NCBI GenBank assembly: GCA_037379345.1
Contig: CM074511.1
Span: forward strand, 25,217,171-25,281,170
Direction: 5' to 3'
Origin: Perna viridis
Taxonomy: Eukaryota
DNA length: 64,000 nt
Under the pieces are notes generated by a model, which was given only the letters and a program-made list of their open reading frames with translations, ran no database searches and was not told the DNA's origin. Of the stretch, positions 62,816-64,000 are shown piece by piece (positions within the stretch are counted from its first letter, which is position 1; the number at the start of each line of letters is the position of its first letter). Position numbers and translations under genes: made by a program.

Positions 62816-64000
62816 CATGATCAAGAAATCATATAGTTTTTAAAATAATTATTGGGAACGCTTTTTGTTATTTTATATTTTCTCCGCGACATATCACTTC
62901 CGGACGATGATTTTGTTCCCATCATTCTGCACCCCACTAACTAGCACGTGTGTATTGCCGTATAGCCCTCCATTCTCGCTAAGATATGATCCCTGTTAGA
63001 AAATTTGAAAGAATAATCTAGGGAATCAAGGTTATAGCAGTAATCAGAAGAATGTAATCTAGGGACAGACACCAGACATGGAAAACAGACATGCACAACA
63101 AAGAACATAAAGTAACTAAAATAATACATACAAAGTTACAAAAGAAAATGAGCAACTCAGACTCCACTAAAAAACTGGGAGCATGGACAAGGTGCACCGA
63201 TAGGGTGAGCATCCTCTGCTCTTCTAGAAACACCCGCCGAGTTGCTCATAAAAAGTCAAGTCGGGGGTAGAGGAAAGAGGAAAAGAAAACTATGACAAGT
63301 TGAACAAATCAGTTTTCATGGCGCAGATGGATACACCGTAACGATACGCGAGTTCATGGTGACGACCATAAAACTTCTGTAGTGATGACTTCAATCTTGT
63401 AGCAACATAACCTTGTTCAAGAAGCCTATTTGTTAGAATTCTGGCGCGATACAAGAAGTCTGTGTACTTTCGCTAAACTCTTGCATAACGTATGAGTTGT
63501 GATATGAACACTCCATACGCAGGTGCTGAAGAGGTGTTGCCGCAGATGAAAGGAAAGTTGACAATTCGGAATGAAAAGGCATCACGTTTGTCGTAAAGTT
63601 TGGTAAGTGGTTTTACTTTACCATCGATAAGCGTCAATCTAGTTCACTACCGAAGAGAGAGCGCAGTCAGAATGATTTATTTGTCACCGTCACGCCTCAA
63701 TATCTGTAAATGAAATAGTTATTTCCCTTATATTATTGAACGTACCAATATATTCCATGAAAATGATGTACGTTAATGACACGAATCGATTTATTGGTGT
63801 TGGTCGTGAACTGTACTAGAAAAGCGAAAATGAGCAATTGTTGTGTGTACAGCCTGAAGTTTTCTTTTTCGACAATTATTGAAATTTTATAAATAATTAT
63901 AAGACTACTTTATTGTTTAGCATATTTATACTGCAATCGTTTACATATGAGCAGTGAAATGCATTGACAAAAATATACTTCTACTGACATATTATTTTAA
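62816..64000 (+). repeat. Continuation of the segmental duplicate (3' flank of the TPR-TIR gene)
   Basis: 62816-62930 matches 45168-45285; 63630-63735 matches 45363-45490; 63826-64000 matches 45912-46140. Confidence 0.85.
63008..63628 (-). mobile_element. Naiad-type element 3' fragment
   Basis: Diverged copy of 52224-52845. Confidence 0.9.

Overview
AT-rich, intron-containing animal DNA. The repeat families point to a bivalve mollusc, Mytilus-like (inference). Two spliced genes can be rebuilt by hand and lie head-to-head. (1) On the minus strand is a complete 9-coding-exon N-acylglucosamine 2-epimerase (RENBP/AGE, 398 aa, 25470-34632). It has one GC-AG intron and a duplicated last-exon acceptor. 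(2) On the plus strand is a 4-exon, 781-aa protein (36656-45051) with TPR-like helical repeats and a divergent C-terminal TIR-like domain (TTC22-like). The ORF track shows it only in pieces. A decayed tandem duplicate of the TPR-TIR locus runs from about 51540 to the window end. It has been invaded by Penelope-like (Naiad-type) retroelements and a full-length but dead BEL/Pao LTR retrotransposon (54432-62810). The BEL element itself carries two Naiad inserts and an antisense DIRS-like element whose gag is fused in frame to a tyrosine recombinase. The rest is a dense mosaic: an IS3EU-like transposase, many MITEs with readable TIRs/TSDs, Helentron-like elements and mini/microsatellites. No rRNA, bona fide tRNA or CRISPR array was seen. 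All homology calls rest on motif recognition, not database searches.
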